A stretch of 61,684 nt of DNA, counting the filler, from Chiloscyllium plagiosum (lineage: Eukaryota), in NCBI RefSeq assembly GCF_004010195.1. It is 4 parts of one record of this genome, joined end to end, with 100 filler letters (N's around TTAATTAATTAA, not from the genome) between each part and the next. Parts side by side here need not be neighbours in the genome. Positions count along the whole stretch, not along the records: positions 20,712 to 50,597 come from NC_057717.1; 3 more parts are not named here. The stretch is one strand, 5' to 3'. Of the stretch, positions 21,967-34,446 are shown piece by piece (position 1 is the first letter of the stretch; every line of letters starts with the position of its first letter). Under the pieces are notes generated by a model, which made no database searches, was not told the origin of the DNA, and saw only the letters and a list, made by a program, of their open reading frames with translations. A program made the position numbers and the translations under genes.

Positions 21967-23426
21967 CTGCATTTTTTTTCTGCTCCAGCGTTTGTGTTAC
22001 ACCTAAGAAATCAATTGTTTTTACATGCTAATATTCTCGGAAGCAATGTTTTTATTGATTGCAAATTCCGCTCACTCACATCTCTGCGTATCATATGTCA
22101 GAATTCAAATCCAGCCGTTCTCAGAGATTTCTCCCCCTCCAATGATCACTAACCGTCCTTTCCGTCCGCCCACACCCACTCCCCCACCCCCATTTCATTA
22201 ATGTGGAGATGCTGGCATTGGATTGGGGTTTACTAAGTTAAAAATCACACAACACCAGGTTTTAGTCTTACAGGTTAATTGGAAGTTCTAGAGCGCTGCT
22301 CCTTCATCATGTGGTTGTTGAGTAATTTCATTTTTCATTTAAGGCACTGCAGAATCGAAAACTCACACTCACATTGACACCATTCAGCCTGTGCTGCTGT
22401 GGTCACTGTTGCTGGGTGAATGTGTCCCAACCTGACGATCAGGACCTTCAAACTAGTTGATCCATTTGGAATCCATGGTTTTGAGATCTGTCTTCATGTA
22501 GCAGCTTTTATTGACATGACCAGAGATTATTGGAGCATGAGGTTCAGGGAAGTGAAACACGGCAGTATAGGGAATAAGTGACTTTACTGGAAAAGACTGG
22601 TTAAGCACATTTCTTCAATGGCCGAGTACTACTATCACTGGGCTGCTGCTTCCGACCCCGAGTTAATGTGCCTGCGATATGGGTTGACTGCAAACGCGCT
22701 AGGTGGTAGAATTGGATGGCATTAAATATTGGGTACTACAAATGCATTGACTCCGAAACATTTTTGATCAATTGTTGAAAAAACAAAACCATCCGGTTCA
22801 TGAATGTCATTTGAGGATGGAAACCGCCATTCTTACCTGGTCGGGCCGTTGTGATATGGTTCAGTATCAACTGCCTGCAGGGCAATTAAGGATAGCATTA
22901 AATGCTGCCGAGCCAGCGACGCACATTATCCTGTAACAGAATTTTTAAAAAAATGTTCATTTGGCTCCAGCCAGTGTATTGCGTGCAGTTCTGCAATTCA
23001 TATTATAGCATGGAAGTGACCGCACTGGGAATGGTGCAGAAGAGATCGCTAGGATATTTTGCAGGCTGAAGACTTTCAGTTAGGAAGAGAGACAGGACAG
23101 ACATGGGTTGTTTGTCGCCGACCACTGGAGATTGAGAGAAGGCATGATTGAGATAAACAAAATAATGAGGGATATTGACAGAAAGCAACTTTTCCTACTG
23201 ATGGACAGATCGAACATTGGGGCCAGAGATTTCAGGAAAAAGCAGCAAGGTTTCAATAGCTTTGTCAGCCAGCGGGTGGTTGGAATTTGGAATGCACTGT
23301 CCGTACGGGTCAGAGAGACAGAAATCCTCATAACCTGAAGAAATATCCAGATATGAATTGGTGATGCAAAGACATATAATGCTGTAGGCTAAACGATGGA
23401 AAATTTGATTCAGGTCGTTAAGTAGT

Positions 23427-24430
23427 TAGAACATAGAACATAGAACAATACAGTGTAGAATAGGCCCTTCAGCCCTCGATGTTGCACCGACCTGTGAACT
23501 ATTCTCAGCTCGTCCCGCTACACTATCCCAAAATCATCTATGCGCTTATCTTAGGATTGATTAAATCTCCCTAAAATAGCTGAGTTGACTACATTAGCAG
23601 GTAGGGCATTCTCTGCCCTTACCACTCTCTGCGTAAAGAACCTGCCTGTGTCATCTGTCAAATTTATCACTCCTCAATTTGCTATTATGCCCCCTCGTAC
23701 ACGCTGACGTCATCATCCTAGGAAAAAATGATTTCCACTGTCTACCCTATCTAATCCTCTGATCATCTTATGTGTCTCTATTAAATCCCCTCTTAGCTTT
23801 CTTCTTGCCAAATGAGAGCAGGTTCAAATCTTTCAGCCTTTACTCAGAAGACTTCCCTCCAGACCAGGCAACATCCTGGTAGATCTTCTGTTCACCTTTT
23901 CCAATGCTTCCACATCCTTCTCCAAAATATGGGGCAAAGAACTGTACACAATATTCCAAGTGTGGCCGCACCAACATTTTGTACATTTGCAGCATGACAT
24001 TGCGGCTCCGGAACTCAATCCATCTACAAATGAAACCGAACACATTGTATGCCTTCTTAACAGCACTATCCACCTGAGTGGTACCTTTCAGGGATATATG
24101 TACATGGACTCCAAGATCCCTCTACACATCCACACTACCAAGAATCTTTCCATCGACCCAGTACTCTGCTCTCCTGTTATCCTTCCCAAAATGCATCAAC
24201 TCACATTTAGTTGCATTGAACTCCATTTACCAACTCTCAGCCCAATTCTGCAGTTTATGAAAGTCCCCCTGCAACCTGTAACGTTCTTCCACACTCTCCA
24301 CTACTCCACCAACTTTCGTATTGTCTGGAAACTTACTAATCCATCCACCTATGCTTGCGTCTAAGTCATTTATAAAAATGACAAACAGGAGTGGCCCCAA
24401 AACAGATCCTTGTGGTAGACCAATAGTAAC
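23427..24430 (-). mobile_element. 5'-truncated CR1 LINE (same insertion as 2814-3807)
   Basis: GLPQGSVLGPLLFVIFINDLD; identical junctions to the A1 copy. Confidence 0.95.
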
Positions 24431-24488
24431 CAGCTGTTTTTGGCAAATGCGGCCACAACAGGCTGAAGGACTTCCTTCGATGTTGTTT

Positions 24489-24550
24489 TCCTCGGTAGTA
24501 TCATGGTTAGTGTCCCCGCCTGTCACAGGATTTAAATCCCCGCAGGGGGC
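24489..24550 (+). pseudogene. tRNA-Asp(GTC) pseudogene, internally deleted
   Basis: TCCTCGGTAGTATCATGGTTAGTGTCCCCGCCTGTCAC|AGGATTTAAATCCCCGCAGGGGG. Confidence 0.85.
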
Positions 24551-26352
24551 ATTGTAAATATTTTAAAACAGTCACTCTGTTCCCGAGTGAAGATTATTAA
24601 TGTTTGTCGTTCCATTCTCGATTGGACATGTCACAGAAAGTACAGTGCTCTCTGAATCAGTGTGGGGAAGGACTGCAGCTCCCGGGGAGACAATGTAGGT
24701 GAAAGTGCAAACACGTGACTTCTGCAAGCTTCACACTGTGTCCGTGTTGGAATGAAAACTATTTGATAGACTTATTTCAGATTGAAGTGTTTACTGGAAG
24801 CATGAAGCTGAGGGAGAAACATGGGTAAAGCGATTCTGATCTGAGTGCAGAAACATTTCCTGCAGCAATAATGAGGTTGCACAACACAGAGTCGCGTTTG
24901 GATGCTTTGAATTCGGGTTGATGGACGCAGCTTGCTTTCACTAGACTGCGTTAACAAGCTATAAAGCCATTAAAAATGAGAGACATGGTGCTTATTGTGA
25001 TGGTACATTTGCTCAGTGGTTAGCACTGCAGTTAGGTCTGCAGATTAGGTGGATTGGCCATGTTAAATTGCACTCTCGTGTCCAGGGAGTGAATTCAATA
25101 AGTTAAGTGAATTATGGGTAATGCGGGGATAAGGTCACCAGTAACACGACACCAGGTTATAGTCCAGCAGATTTATTTGAAATCACATGCCAGAGGGCTG
25201 TCCCTTCTTCAGGTGAAATATACAGGGATCGAGAGAGGGTCTATGTCTGGTTGAGATACTCTTCTTTCACTCAGAAAATCCGTTTCTAAAACATTTGGAA
25301 AAGCCCCCACAGACCCCACTGTCACTATCCCCACCCCCAGAACCCCGAGGGGAACACTACCTCTGCTCATGACTCCACCCCCATTCTCCCCACCATTACA
25401 CCCACTCCAGTTACAGGCTCCGACCCCACTCCCAGCTCCACACCACACCAGATCCCAGATCCCAGCCCTGCCGAGTTTTCACCGTCCCTCCAGACCTTCC
25501 CCTCACTGAGGACGAACGATCAGTCCTCAGCAAATGACTCACCTTCATCCCCCTCCATCCATGCATCAATGAATTTAATATACGCTGTGACGTTGAACAA
25601 TTCTTCCGCCGCCTCCACCTCCGAGCATACTTTCACAATCAGGATTCCCGCCCACCTTCCGAGGACTCCTTCACCCACCTCCAACACACTGCATCCACCT
25701 GGACACCCCGCGCTGGCCTATTATCTGCCTTCAACCTCTTCATTTCTAACTGCCGCCGGGACATTAACTGCCTCAACCTGTCTACCCCCTCCCCCACTCC
25801 AATCTCTCACCCTCACAACGTGCAGCCCTCCAATCCCTCTGCTCCAATCCCAACCTTACCATTAAGCCAGCGGATAAAGGGGGTGCAGTGGTAGTCTGGC
25901 GCACTGACCCCTACACCGCTGAAGCCAAACGCCAACGCAAGGACACCTCTTCCTACTGCCCCCTCGACCATGACCCCACCCCTCATCACCAAACCATCAT
26001 CTCCCAGACCATACAGAACCTCATCACCTCAGGAGATCTCCCACCCACAGCTTCCAACCTCATAGTTCTGGAACCCCGCACTGCCCGGTTATAACTCCTT
26101 CCCAAGATCTACAAGCCTGACCACCCTGGCCGACCCATTGTCTCAGTATGCTCCTTCCCCACTGAACTACCTACCTACCTCGACACTGTCCTATTCCCCC
26201 CTAGTCTAGGAACTCCACACATACGTTCGAGACACCACCCACACCCTCCAATCCCTCTACAATTCCAGCCGCCATGACCAGGGCTCCAAGCCCTCCTTTT
26301 TTTCCTCTCCAGACGTCCCCAGCAGTACCCTTCCACCGACACTCTCATTCGT

Positions 26353-27543
26353 TTGGCCGAATTGGTCCTCACCCTTAACAATTTCTCCTTTGAATCCTCC
26401 CACTTCCTCCAGACCAAAGGGGTAGCCATGGGCACACGCATGGGCCCCAGCTATGCCTGTCTCTTTGTTGACTACGTAGAACAGTTGATCTTCCGTAATT
26501 ACACTGGCACCACTCCCCACCTCTTCCTCCGCTACATTGATGACTGCATTGGCGCCACCTCGTGCTCCCGCGAGGAGGTTGAGCAATTCATCAACTTCAA
26601 CAATACATTCCACCCTGACCTTAAATTTACCTGGACCATCTCTGACACCTTTCTCCCCTTTCTGGAGCTCTCCATCTCCATTAATGACGACCGACTTGAC
26701 AGTGACAATTTTTACAAACCCACCGACTCCCACAGCTACCTGGATTACACCTCTTCCCACCCTATCTCTTGCAAAAATGCCATCCCGTATTCCCAATTCC
26801 TCCGGCTCTGCCATATCTGCTCCCAGGAGGACCAGTTCCACCATAGAACACACCAGATGGTCTCCTTCTTTAGAGACCGCAATTTCCCTTCCCACGTGGT
26901 TAAAGATGCCTTCCAACACATCTCGTCCACATCCCGCACCGCTGCCATCAGACCCCACCCCTCCAACTGTAACAGGTACAAAACGCCCCTGGTGCTCACC
27001 TTCCACCCTACAAACCTTCGCATAAACCAAATCATCCACCAACATTTCCGCCACCTCCAAAGAGACCCCACCACTAGGGATATATTTCCCTCCCCACCCC
27101 TTTCCGGCTTCCGCAAAGACCGTTCCCTCTGTGACTATCTGGTCAGGTCCACGCCCCCCTACAACCCACCCTCCCATCCTGGCACTTTCCCCTGCCACCG
27201 CAGGAACTGTAAAACCGGTGACTACCCGCACTCTATCCAAGGCCCTAAAGGAGCCTTCCACATCCATCAAAGTTTTACCTGCACATCCACTAATATCATT
27301 TATTGTATCTGTTGCTCCCGATGCGGTCTCCTCTACATTGAGAAGACTGGGCTCCTCCTAGCAGAGCACTTTAGGGAACATCTCCGAGACACCCGCACCA
27401 ATCAACCATACCGTCCCGCGGCCCAACATGTCAAATCCCCCTCCCCCTCTGCCGAGGACATGGAGGTTCTGGGCCTCCTTCACCGCCGCTCCCTCACCAC
27501 CAGACGCCTGGAGGAAGAACGCCTTGGAACACTTCAACCCTAG
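26353..27543 (+). pseudogene. Longest open remnant of the PLE RT + GIY-YIG endonuclease ORF (396 aa)
   Basis: RYIDDC catalytic motif and NIIYCICCSRCGLLYIEKTG; the upstream part has stops, frameshifts and a deletion, and the ORF ends in a premature TAG. Confidence 0.92.
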
Positions 27544-27809
27544 GGCATCAATGTGGCCTTCAACAGCTTCCTCATTTCCCCTTCGCCCACCTCACCCGAG
27601 TTCCAAACTTCCAGCTCAGCACTGTTCCCATGACTTGTCTGGCCTTGTCCGACCTGCCTAGCTCCTTTTCCACATATGCACTTCACCCTCTCCTCCCTGT
27701 CCTATCACCTTCATCCCCTCCCCCACTCACCCATTGTACTCTAGGCTACTCTCTCCCCACCCTCACCCTCCCCTAGCTTATCTCTCCACGCTTCAGGCTC
27801 ACTGCCTTT

Positions 27810-27845
27810 ATTCCTGATGAAGGGCTTTTGCCCGAAACGTCGATT
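27810..27845 (+). ncRNA. Minimal type I hammerhead ribozyme motif (PLE family 1)
   Basis: TC-CTGATGA-A-GGGC TTTT GCCC-GAAAC-GTC-GA: intact core, perfect stem II, GUC triplet ending at 27841. Confidence 0.85.
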
Positions 27846-28878
27846 TCGCTGCTCGTTGGATGCTGCCTGAACTGCTGTGCTCTTCCAGCACCACTAATGC
27901 AGAATCTGGTTTCCAGTCATTGTTTTTACTTCACTAGGAGAGAGACAGCCTGTGGCGGGTATAAGTGTCAAAGTAGGGTGTGGAGGATGGAAAGTGCGAG
28001 GAACTCAATGTCTAATTTTGATGACTTTAAATGTAAAGAACTATCGTGAACGGGTGCAGCTGAATAAGATTCGGCCAAAAAAACAACGATTTTGAAGAAT
28101 TTGCATTAATTCCCACATGAAGCATTGTAATTGGAACTGGGCAGATGTGATCTATTGTCAAGGAAAGACATTCCATAATGAATAGGAAGTGACCCTTCGT
28201 TTGGAGATCGATTTCCTGCTTTAATCACATGCCTTAAAGATTTGAGGACAATCACCACGATGTTGGGTTCATTTGATACCCACTGATATCGGCCAATGTA
28301 ACTGAGCACCAAAACGGGCATTTTGATTTTGCATTTTTACCTTCTGTTTTTCTCATTAGTGTTTCATTTAAGCTGAAATAAATTCGAAGTAAAATTTAAT
28401 ACATCTTTAAACGTTCCAATGAAGTATATCCAATTCACTCCCGGTCATTGCACTGCACAGAGTGAGGTTGCAGCAAAATTAATAAAATGAAACTAACAAA
28501 GCAGCATTTCCAGGAATTTTACCCAGCTCAGGTTCAGCCATAGGAGAAAGGCCATCGAGCTATAACATGACCTTCACTTCTCTCTTCATATATGCTTCTT
28601 CTCGTGCGAGAGAATCTGACGGAATAAATTATGAGTTGATGCGAAACGTGCGTGTGAATGTGACGGGCATTTCTTGTTTGATGGTTCATTCTGAGACAGT
28701 TCTAACTCGGAATGAATTAAGGACAGCTGTTCCTTCCAAGGACCATGTTGATTACTTGAATTTACTGGTATTATTGGTAACATAATGGTGTGGATTCGAT
28801 TCTGCTCAGGGAATTTCTCATCCCCACCTTCACCATGCATACTCTTGATGTATCACATGGCAGCCCGTTTTATCAGCC

Positions 28879-28955
28879 CATTAAGTGGCCAAGAGCTTAA
28901 ACTGGTGGGTTGGTAATTCATTGAGTACATGTGGGTTCGAATCCTACTTGATTTC
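28879..28955 (+). pseudogene. tRNA-Ser(GCT) pseudogene
   Basis: AAGTGGCCAAGAGCTTAA...TGGTAATTCATTG...ATGTGGGTTCGAATCCTAC vs Ser-GCT AGGTGGCCGAGTGGTTAA...TGCTAATCCATTG...GCGTGGGTTCGAATCCCAT. Confidence 0.75.
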
Positions 28956-29496
28956 TCCTTCCATTAACCACAGATGTAGTCTTCCTTTGTGTCTTATATT
29001 CTTTGGTTGACATGGGATGGAGCACGTTGCTCTTGTCTTGCACTATATTGGAGGTTCACGAATAATTCAAACTGCATCAAAGTCGAAATAAAGCATTTCG
29101 ATTCTGTTGTAAGTTAAATTGGGATAATGAAAATGAATGCAACTTTTCTTTCCTCCTTTCATTCTATCTTGACTTTCTAGGAATTTACATCGAATGAAGT
29201 AGAAATAAATAAGGAGAGAACGGGAGCAATAATTTATCCAGTGGTATTGTGAATTACTGTTTTAACGTAACACTCCTCACTGACCAGTATTTCAAACAGT
29301 CAATTGGAAATGGAACCGCATAAAACTTCTGCAATGAAACGAAAATTTCATTCTTCCACAACATTTTGCTGTGTGAATCATACCGTGAACCATCCTCCAG
29401 CGTGATCACAATGTTGCCAACAATATAAGGTTAACCAATTTTCTTTAACAATCACAGCTTCTGCATATATTCATTTGTGGTGTGTCCATTGTCATT

Positions 29497-30472
29497 TGTT
29501 GCCTCCAGTTCTTGAAGGTCTTAGACTCCTCAAGAGGGGCCTTTTGGTCAAACGAATCAACGAAAGCGGTCTGTTCAAAAAGCAAGCGTCATTTGTTTAT
29601 TTAATTAAGGTACCTTGAAGCAATTCTATCCAGCAACACAGAGGTGCGAGCTTCTGTGTTCCGTGGTGAAATTGCACAGTTATATTTGAAAATTAGGCAT
29701 TATTTACACGTTTTTTTTAAGAAATACTACAGCCTTAATTACAAGAAACATTAATCAAATATAATATGGTGACATGATTTGCAGCAAGTTAATCCAATGA
29801 TAGTTCCTGGGAAAGAGTTCTTAATTACAAAAACGTCCAACCAACTGTAATATGGAGGCAAGATTGACAACATGTTAATCCAATGTTAATTGCTTGGAAA
29901 AAAAATCTTATTTACATAAATTGTCATGCCATGGCAAGAGTTCAAGGTTATTTCAAATGGTCAATTAATGTGTCAGTATTCATTTTATGCAAACTCTGTT
30001 GTTCTCTTATCTTAGAATTTCAGCTTAATTCTGCAAATCATCAGTACAAGTTCACAGGGTTCAATCACTATTCTCAACCACTTCATCGTTATCTTTTAAA
30101 TTGAAAAATAAAATTGTGTTCAGCAAAAATCCACATATACTTATTGCTTCAAGCAATAAACTAAATTCAAATTTTAGATCCTCATTTCCCTCCCGCTTTG
30201 GTCATTCTATGGCCACATCATAAAGGCATGGTACAAATCATTCCAATTTGATGGCCGTAAAAGACTGCATTACTTCCTTTTTCTCCGAAGGGGAACCAAG
30301 GTCAGGCAATGGTGTTTCCTCATCTTCATCAAAGTGGAGAAGAAGCATTTTCTGGTGGACCAATATTGTCATTAGAAGTTAATATTTTAGCAATAATACA
30401 CTTCACTATCGCAATACCAACAAAAAGACCAATTAAAACCATAGCACTATACATAGCCGTATTAATTAGCCA
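29497..30472 (-). mobile_element. ERV-like env tail + PPT + putative LTR (paralog of 31-1017)
   Basis: Reverse complement of 31-1017; PPT at 30185-30199, LTR TG at 30184. Confidence 0.55.
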
Positions 30473-31439
30473 GGTGAACATTTCTTCTTCATGAGCTTAT
30501 GAGGCTAGTTCCTGATCTGTTTGATCAGTTTGATAAACCTTCTCGATCACTTCATCCTATCCCGTCGGAATTCGAAACTTATCAATAAAAGGTGTTAGAC
30601 CAAATGATGCAGTAGTGGAAGTCGGCCATTCAGACCGTTGAGACTGCTCCAACATTCAATGAACTCATGGCTGATTAAATATATGTCTGGCACAGATTGA
30701 AAATACGCAAAACCTCAGCCTCAACAGCGGTTTCGGGAAAGAGTTCCACAGATTCGCTGGCCCCTGAGCAAAGAAATCACTCTTCATTTCCGAATTAAGT
30801 AGGCAAAATCTAATTCTGAGATTATGTCCTCTGGTGCTCTCCTCACACCAGAGGGAAACCACATGTCCGTATCTACCCTGTCAAAATCCCATGAATATTT
30901 AACGTTTATAAATGTTATTACGTGATTATAGAGCTCTCTCTCCTCCCCCCTCCCCGCCCCCTTTGCTTCAAGGAGATTAATCCCAGCCTAACCAATCTTT
31001 CCAAAAAGCTCCATTTTATCCAATGTTGGCAACATGTTCATAAATATCTGCTGTCCACTACAGCATCCTTGAATATTATTAAGGCAGGTGGAGACATTTA
31101 TGAGAGGCAACAGTTGAAAGTTCAGGCAAAGACGGGAATTGGAACTTGAAATCAGATAAGGATAGGAATCGGATTGGTCCAGACAAGGACTAAATGCCTT
31201 AATGAGAACTCTTACAAATGAAAATATAATCATATCCCATTGACATTCAGTGGCTTTACTGTAACCTAACCCTCGTGTAATCGTTCGCGGTGCTAGTATT
31301 TAGGAAAAAACGGACTGAGACTGGCTATGTAATCACTTTGACAACAGAAACTTGTGCGTTGGTCGATACTTTTGTTTACAAACTTAACTCTTGCCTCTGT
31401 GAAGCCTGCATAGTTTGCAAAGCACAATTGTGATGTGGA

Positions 31440-31760
31440 ACAGAACTCTCTCCATTTGCCTAGATGGGTGTAGCTTCAATTACACTTAAAGAACTGGACA
31501 CCCTCCACGACAATGCAGTCACTTGATTGTACCCTCTTCAATTCTTGAATATTCATTCCCATCACTGCGAAGGCACAATTGCAGCAGAGTGCACAACTAC
31601 AAGATGCACTGGGGTAAGTCATCCTGGCATTTTTGACAGAACCTTCAAAGCTCAACATCTACAAGGATGATGCATTGAAACGCCACCGTTTGCAAGTTAC
31701 CCACTAAGGCACATAGCACCCTGACTTGGAGAGGTATCAGTGATAAACTAATTGAGTCGT
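31440..31760 (+). mobile_element. Old non-LTR LINE 3' fragment; paralog ~9690-10165 (-)
   Basis: SPFA*MGVASITLKELDTLHDNAV resembles the LINE RT C-terminal motif SPLAWMSAAxTTLKKLDTIQDKA. Confidence 0.55.
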
Positions 31761-31922
31761 GAAGCGGTCTTGATGGGCGAAGTTGTATACTTAACCCTCC
31801 ATCTTTTATCTGACAATTTTAAAAAATGTTGATTCATGCAGTGACCAGACTTGTGCTCAGTCTTTTTGCTGTTCCCTAAACTGCAAAATTTCTACTATCC
31901 TACACAGCCTGTGGTCGACAAT

Positions 31923-32166
31923 AGCAAATATCCAAAAACCCTCTGAATCAACTGATTCCCTCAAGATTAGAGTGGCTCTGAATCAACTGATTCCCTCAAG
32001 ATTAGAGTGGTCCTGGAGAAGCACAGCGGGTCCGGCAGCATCTGAGGAGGAGGAAAAATCGAAGCAAATATCCAAAAACCCTCTGAATCAACTGATTCCC
32101 TCAAGATTAGAGTGGTTCTGGAGAAGCACAGCGGGTCCGGCAGCATCTGAGGAGGAGGAAAATCGA
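31923..32166. repeat. Nested tandem duplication of the flank/pLTR junction (31923-32062, 32063-32166; internal 35-bp duplication 31941-32010)
   Basis: CTCTGAATCAACTGATTCCCTCAAGATTAGAGTGG occurs three times. Confidence 0.95.
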
Positions 32167-33310
32167 CGTTTCAGGCAAACGCCCTTCATCACGAATGAGA
32201 CTGGGAGCTAATGAAGTGGAGAGACAAATCGGAGGAGTGGGGCTGTGGAGAAGGTAGCTGAGCGTGCAGTAAGTGGATGGAGGAGGGGGTGAAGGTGATA
32301 TGTCACAGAAGAATGTGGAGCGGATAGGTGGGGATGAAGATACACAGGTGGGACAGGTCAGGAGGACGGTGTTGAGCTGGAAGGTTGAAACTGAGGTAAG
32401 GTGGGAGGAATGGGAATGATAAAACTGATGATGTGCACATTGATGCCATGGGGTTGAAGGATCCCAAGGCAGAGGATAAGGGTTTTTTCATCCAGGCATC
32501 GGGTGGCGAGGCACTGGCGATGGAGGAGGCCCAGGACCTGCATTTCCTCGAGTGAGTGGGAGGGGGAGTTGAAATATTTGGACAAGAAGCAGTGGGGTTG
32601 ATTCTTGTGGGTATCCTGGAGATGTTCTCTGAAGTGTTCTGTGAGAAGACATCCGATCTCCCCAATTTAAAGGAGACCACATCGGTAGCAACGGACGCAA
32701 TAAATGACATGTGTGTAAGTGCAGGTGAACCTTTGATGGACGTTGAAGGCTCCATTGGCACCTTGGACGAGGTGAGAGGGAAAGATATGGGTGCAGGTTT
32801 TGCAATTCCTGCGGTGGCAGGGGAAGATGCCGGGGAAAGGGTGGTTCATTGGAGGTTGTGGTCTTGATTAGGTAGTTGCGGGGAGAATGGTCTTTGGAGA
32901 AAGTGGATAGGCATGGGGAGGGACATATATCCCTGGTGGTGGTGTCCGTTTAGATGTGGCGAATCTGTCAGCGGTTGATGTGATTTATGTGGAGGTTGGT
33001 GGGATGGAAGCTGAGGACCAGGGGGTTCTGTCCTTTTTGTGGTTGGAGATGTATTTTTCGTGGGCAGAAGTGCGGAGCATGGATCAGATGTATTGGAGGG
33101 CATTTCAACCCCATGGGAGGGGAAGCTCTGGTCTTTCAAGATGAAGGGGATCTGGTGTGTTCTGTATTGGAACTGGTCCTTTGGGAGCAGATGGGGTGGA
33201 GGCAGAGGAATTGGGAAGGCAGGGTAGCATTTCTGCAGAAGGTGGGGTGGGTGGAGGTGCAATCCAGATAGCTGTGGAAATCGATGGGTTAGTAAATAAA
33301 GTCAGTAACA
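32101..33310 (-). mobile_element. PLE family 1 fragment (RT thumb, GIY-YIG, pLTR with hammerhead variant at 32161-32196)
   Basis: FPCHRRNCKTC...FTCTYTHVIYCVRCYRCGLL and LGILQPHGINV. Confidence 0.93.
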
Positions 33311-33317
33311 TTGACCT

Positions 33318-34446
33318 CCTGGGATATTTTTCCCTCCCCACCCCTATCCACTTTGAAATAAGTCGGTTCTATTCACAAATACCTAGTCAAGTCCACGCCC
33401 TCCAAAGACCCACCCTCCCATCCCAGGACCTTCCTCTGCCACTGCAGGAATTGCAAAATCTGCGCGCACACCCCTCCACCTCTGTCCAATGCTCCAAAGG
33501 AGCCTGCCACATCCAACAAAGTTTCAACTGCACTACCACACATGTCGTTTGTTGTATCCATTTCTCCCGATGTGGTCACCGCTACATTAGGGCTACAGGA
33601 CACCTTCTCGCAGAGTGCTTCAGAGAACATCTCCAGGACACCCACAACAATCCACCGCAACGTCCCGTGACCGAACACTTCCACTACCCCCGCTCTACCG
33701 AGGGCATGAAGGTCCTGAGCCTCCTCCACTACCACTCCCTCACCACGCGATGTCTGTTGGAAGAACGCCTTGGGAACCTATAACCCCATGGCAACAATGT
33801 GGATTTCACCAGTTTCCTCATTGCCCCCCTCCCCCACCTTACTCTATTTCCAATCTTCCAGCTTGGCACCGTCTTACCCACCTGTCTTGCCTGTCTATCT
33901 TCTTTCCCATCTACCCGTTACACCCTCCTCTCGATCTATCATCTTTGTCTCCACCTCCATCCACCTATGGCACTCTTAACTAAATTCTCCCCAGCACCAC
34001 CCCTTCCCATTTATCTCTCAACTCTCGACGCTCCAAGCCTTATTTCTGATGAAGGGCTTTTGCCCAAAGCGTGAATATTTCCTGCAGCTCGGATACTGCC
34101 TGACCTGCTGTGCTTCCTCAACCCGTGGGCGGCACGGTCACAGTGGTTAGCACTGCTGCCTCACAGCGCCAGAGACCCGGGTTCAATTCTGACTGTGTGG
34201 AATTTGCACATTCTCCCCGTGTCTGCGTGGGTTTCCTCTGGGTGCTCCGGTTTCCTCCCACAGTCCAAAGATGTGCAGGTCAGGTGAATTGGCCATGCTA
34301 AATTGCCCGTAATGTTAGGTAAGGGGTATAGGTGGGTTGCGCTTCGGCGGGGCGGTGTGGACTTGTTGGGCCGAAGGGCCTGTTTCCACACAATAAGTAA
34401 TCTAAATCGACTCTGATCTCCAGCATCTGCGGTAAGCACTTCCGCC
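33318..34446 (+). mobile_element. PLE family 1 fragment in the opposite orientation (pLTR with decayed hammerhead at 34042-34078), interrupted by an HE1 SINE
   Basis: FNCTTTHVVCCIHFSRCGHRYIRATG...LEERLG; the tail resumes at ~34408. Confidence 0.92.
34125..34408 (+). mobile_element. HE1-type tRNA-derived V-SINE, near full length
   Basis: tRNA-like head (CAGTGGTTAGCACTGC, GGTTCAATTC), V-domain TTTGCACATTCTCCCCGTGTCTGCGTGGGTTTCCTC and CR1-like tail GGGCCGAAGGGCCTGTTTCC. Confidence 0.93.

Larger units (their letters stand above)
18545..22841. repeat. ~2.1-kb diverged tandem duplication (18545-20611 and 20712-22841), each copy with a tRNA-His pseudogene
   Basis: Both begin CTATACACAAAGGAC and end GCCATTCTTA(T/C)CTGGT; colinear with many substitutions. 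Confidence 0.92.
25303..27929 (+). mobile_element. Penelope-like retroelement (family 1), 5'-truncated, ~2.6 kb
   Basis: KPADKGGAVVVW, LPKIYKP..PGRPIVS, GVAMGTRMGPSYACLF, RYIDD, GIY-YIG region and pLTR; absent from copy A1 at ~1925-1960. Confidence 0.97.

Noticed and set aside
26257..27270. 337-aa minus-strand ORF
   Set aside because: Antisense shadow of the C-rich PLE ORF.
31941..32115. CRISPR-like 35-bp direct repeats
   Set aside because: No unique spacers, no cas genes and a vertebrate context; this is a junction duplication.
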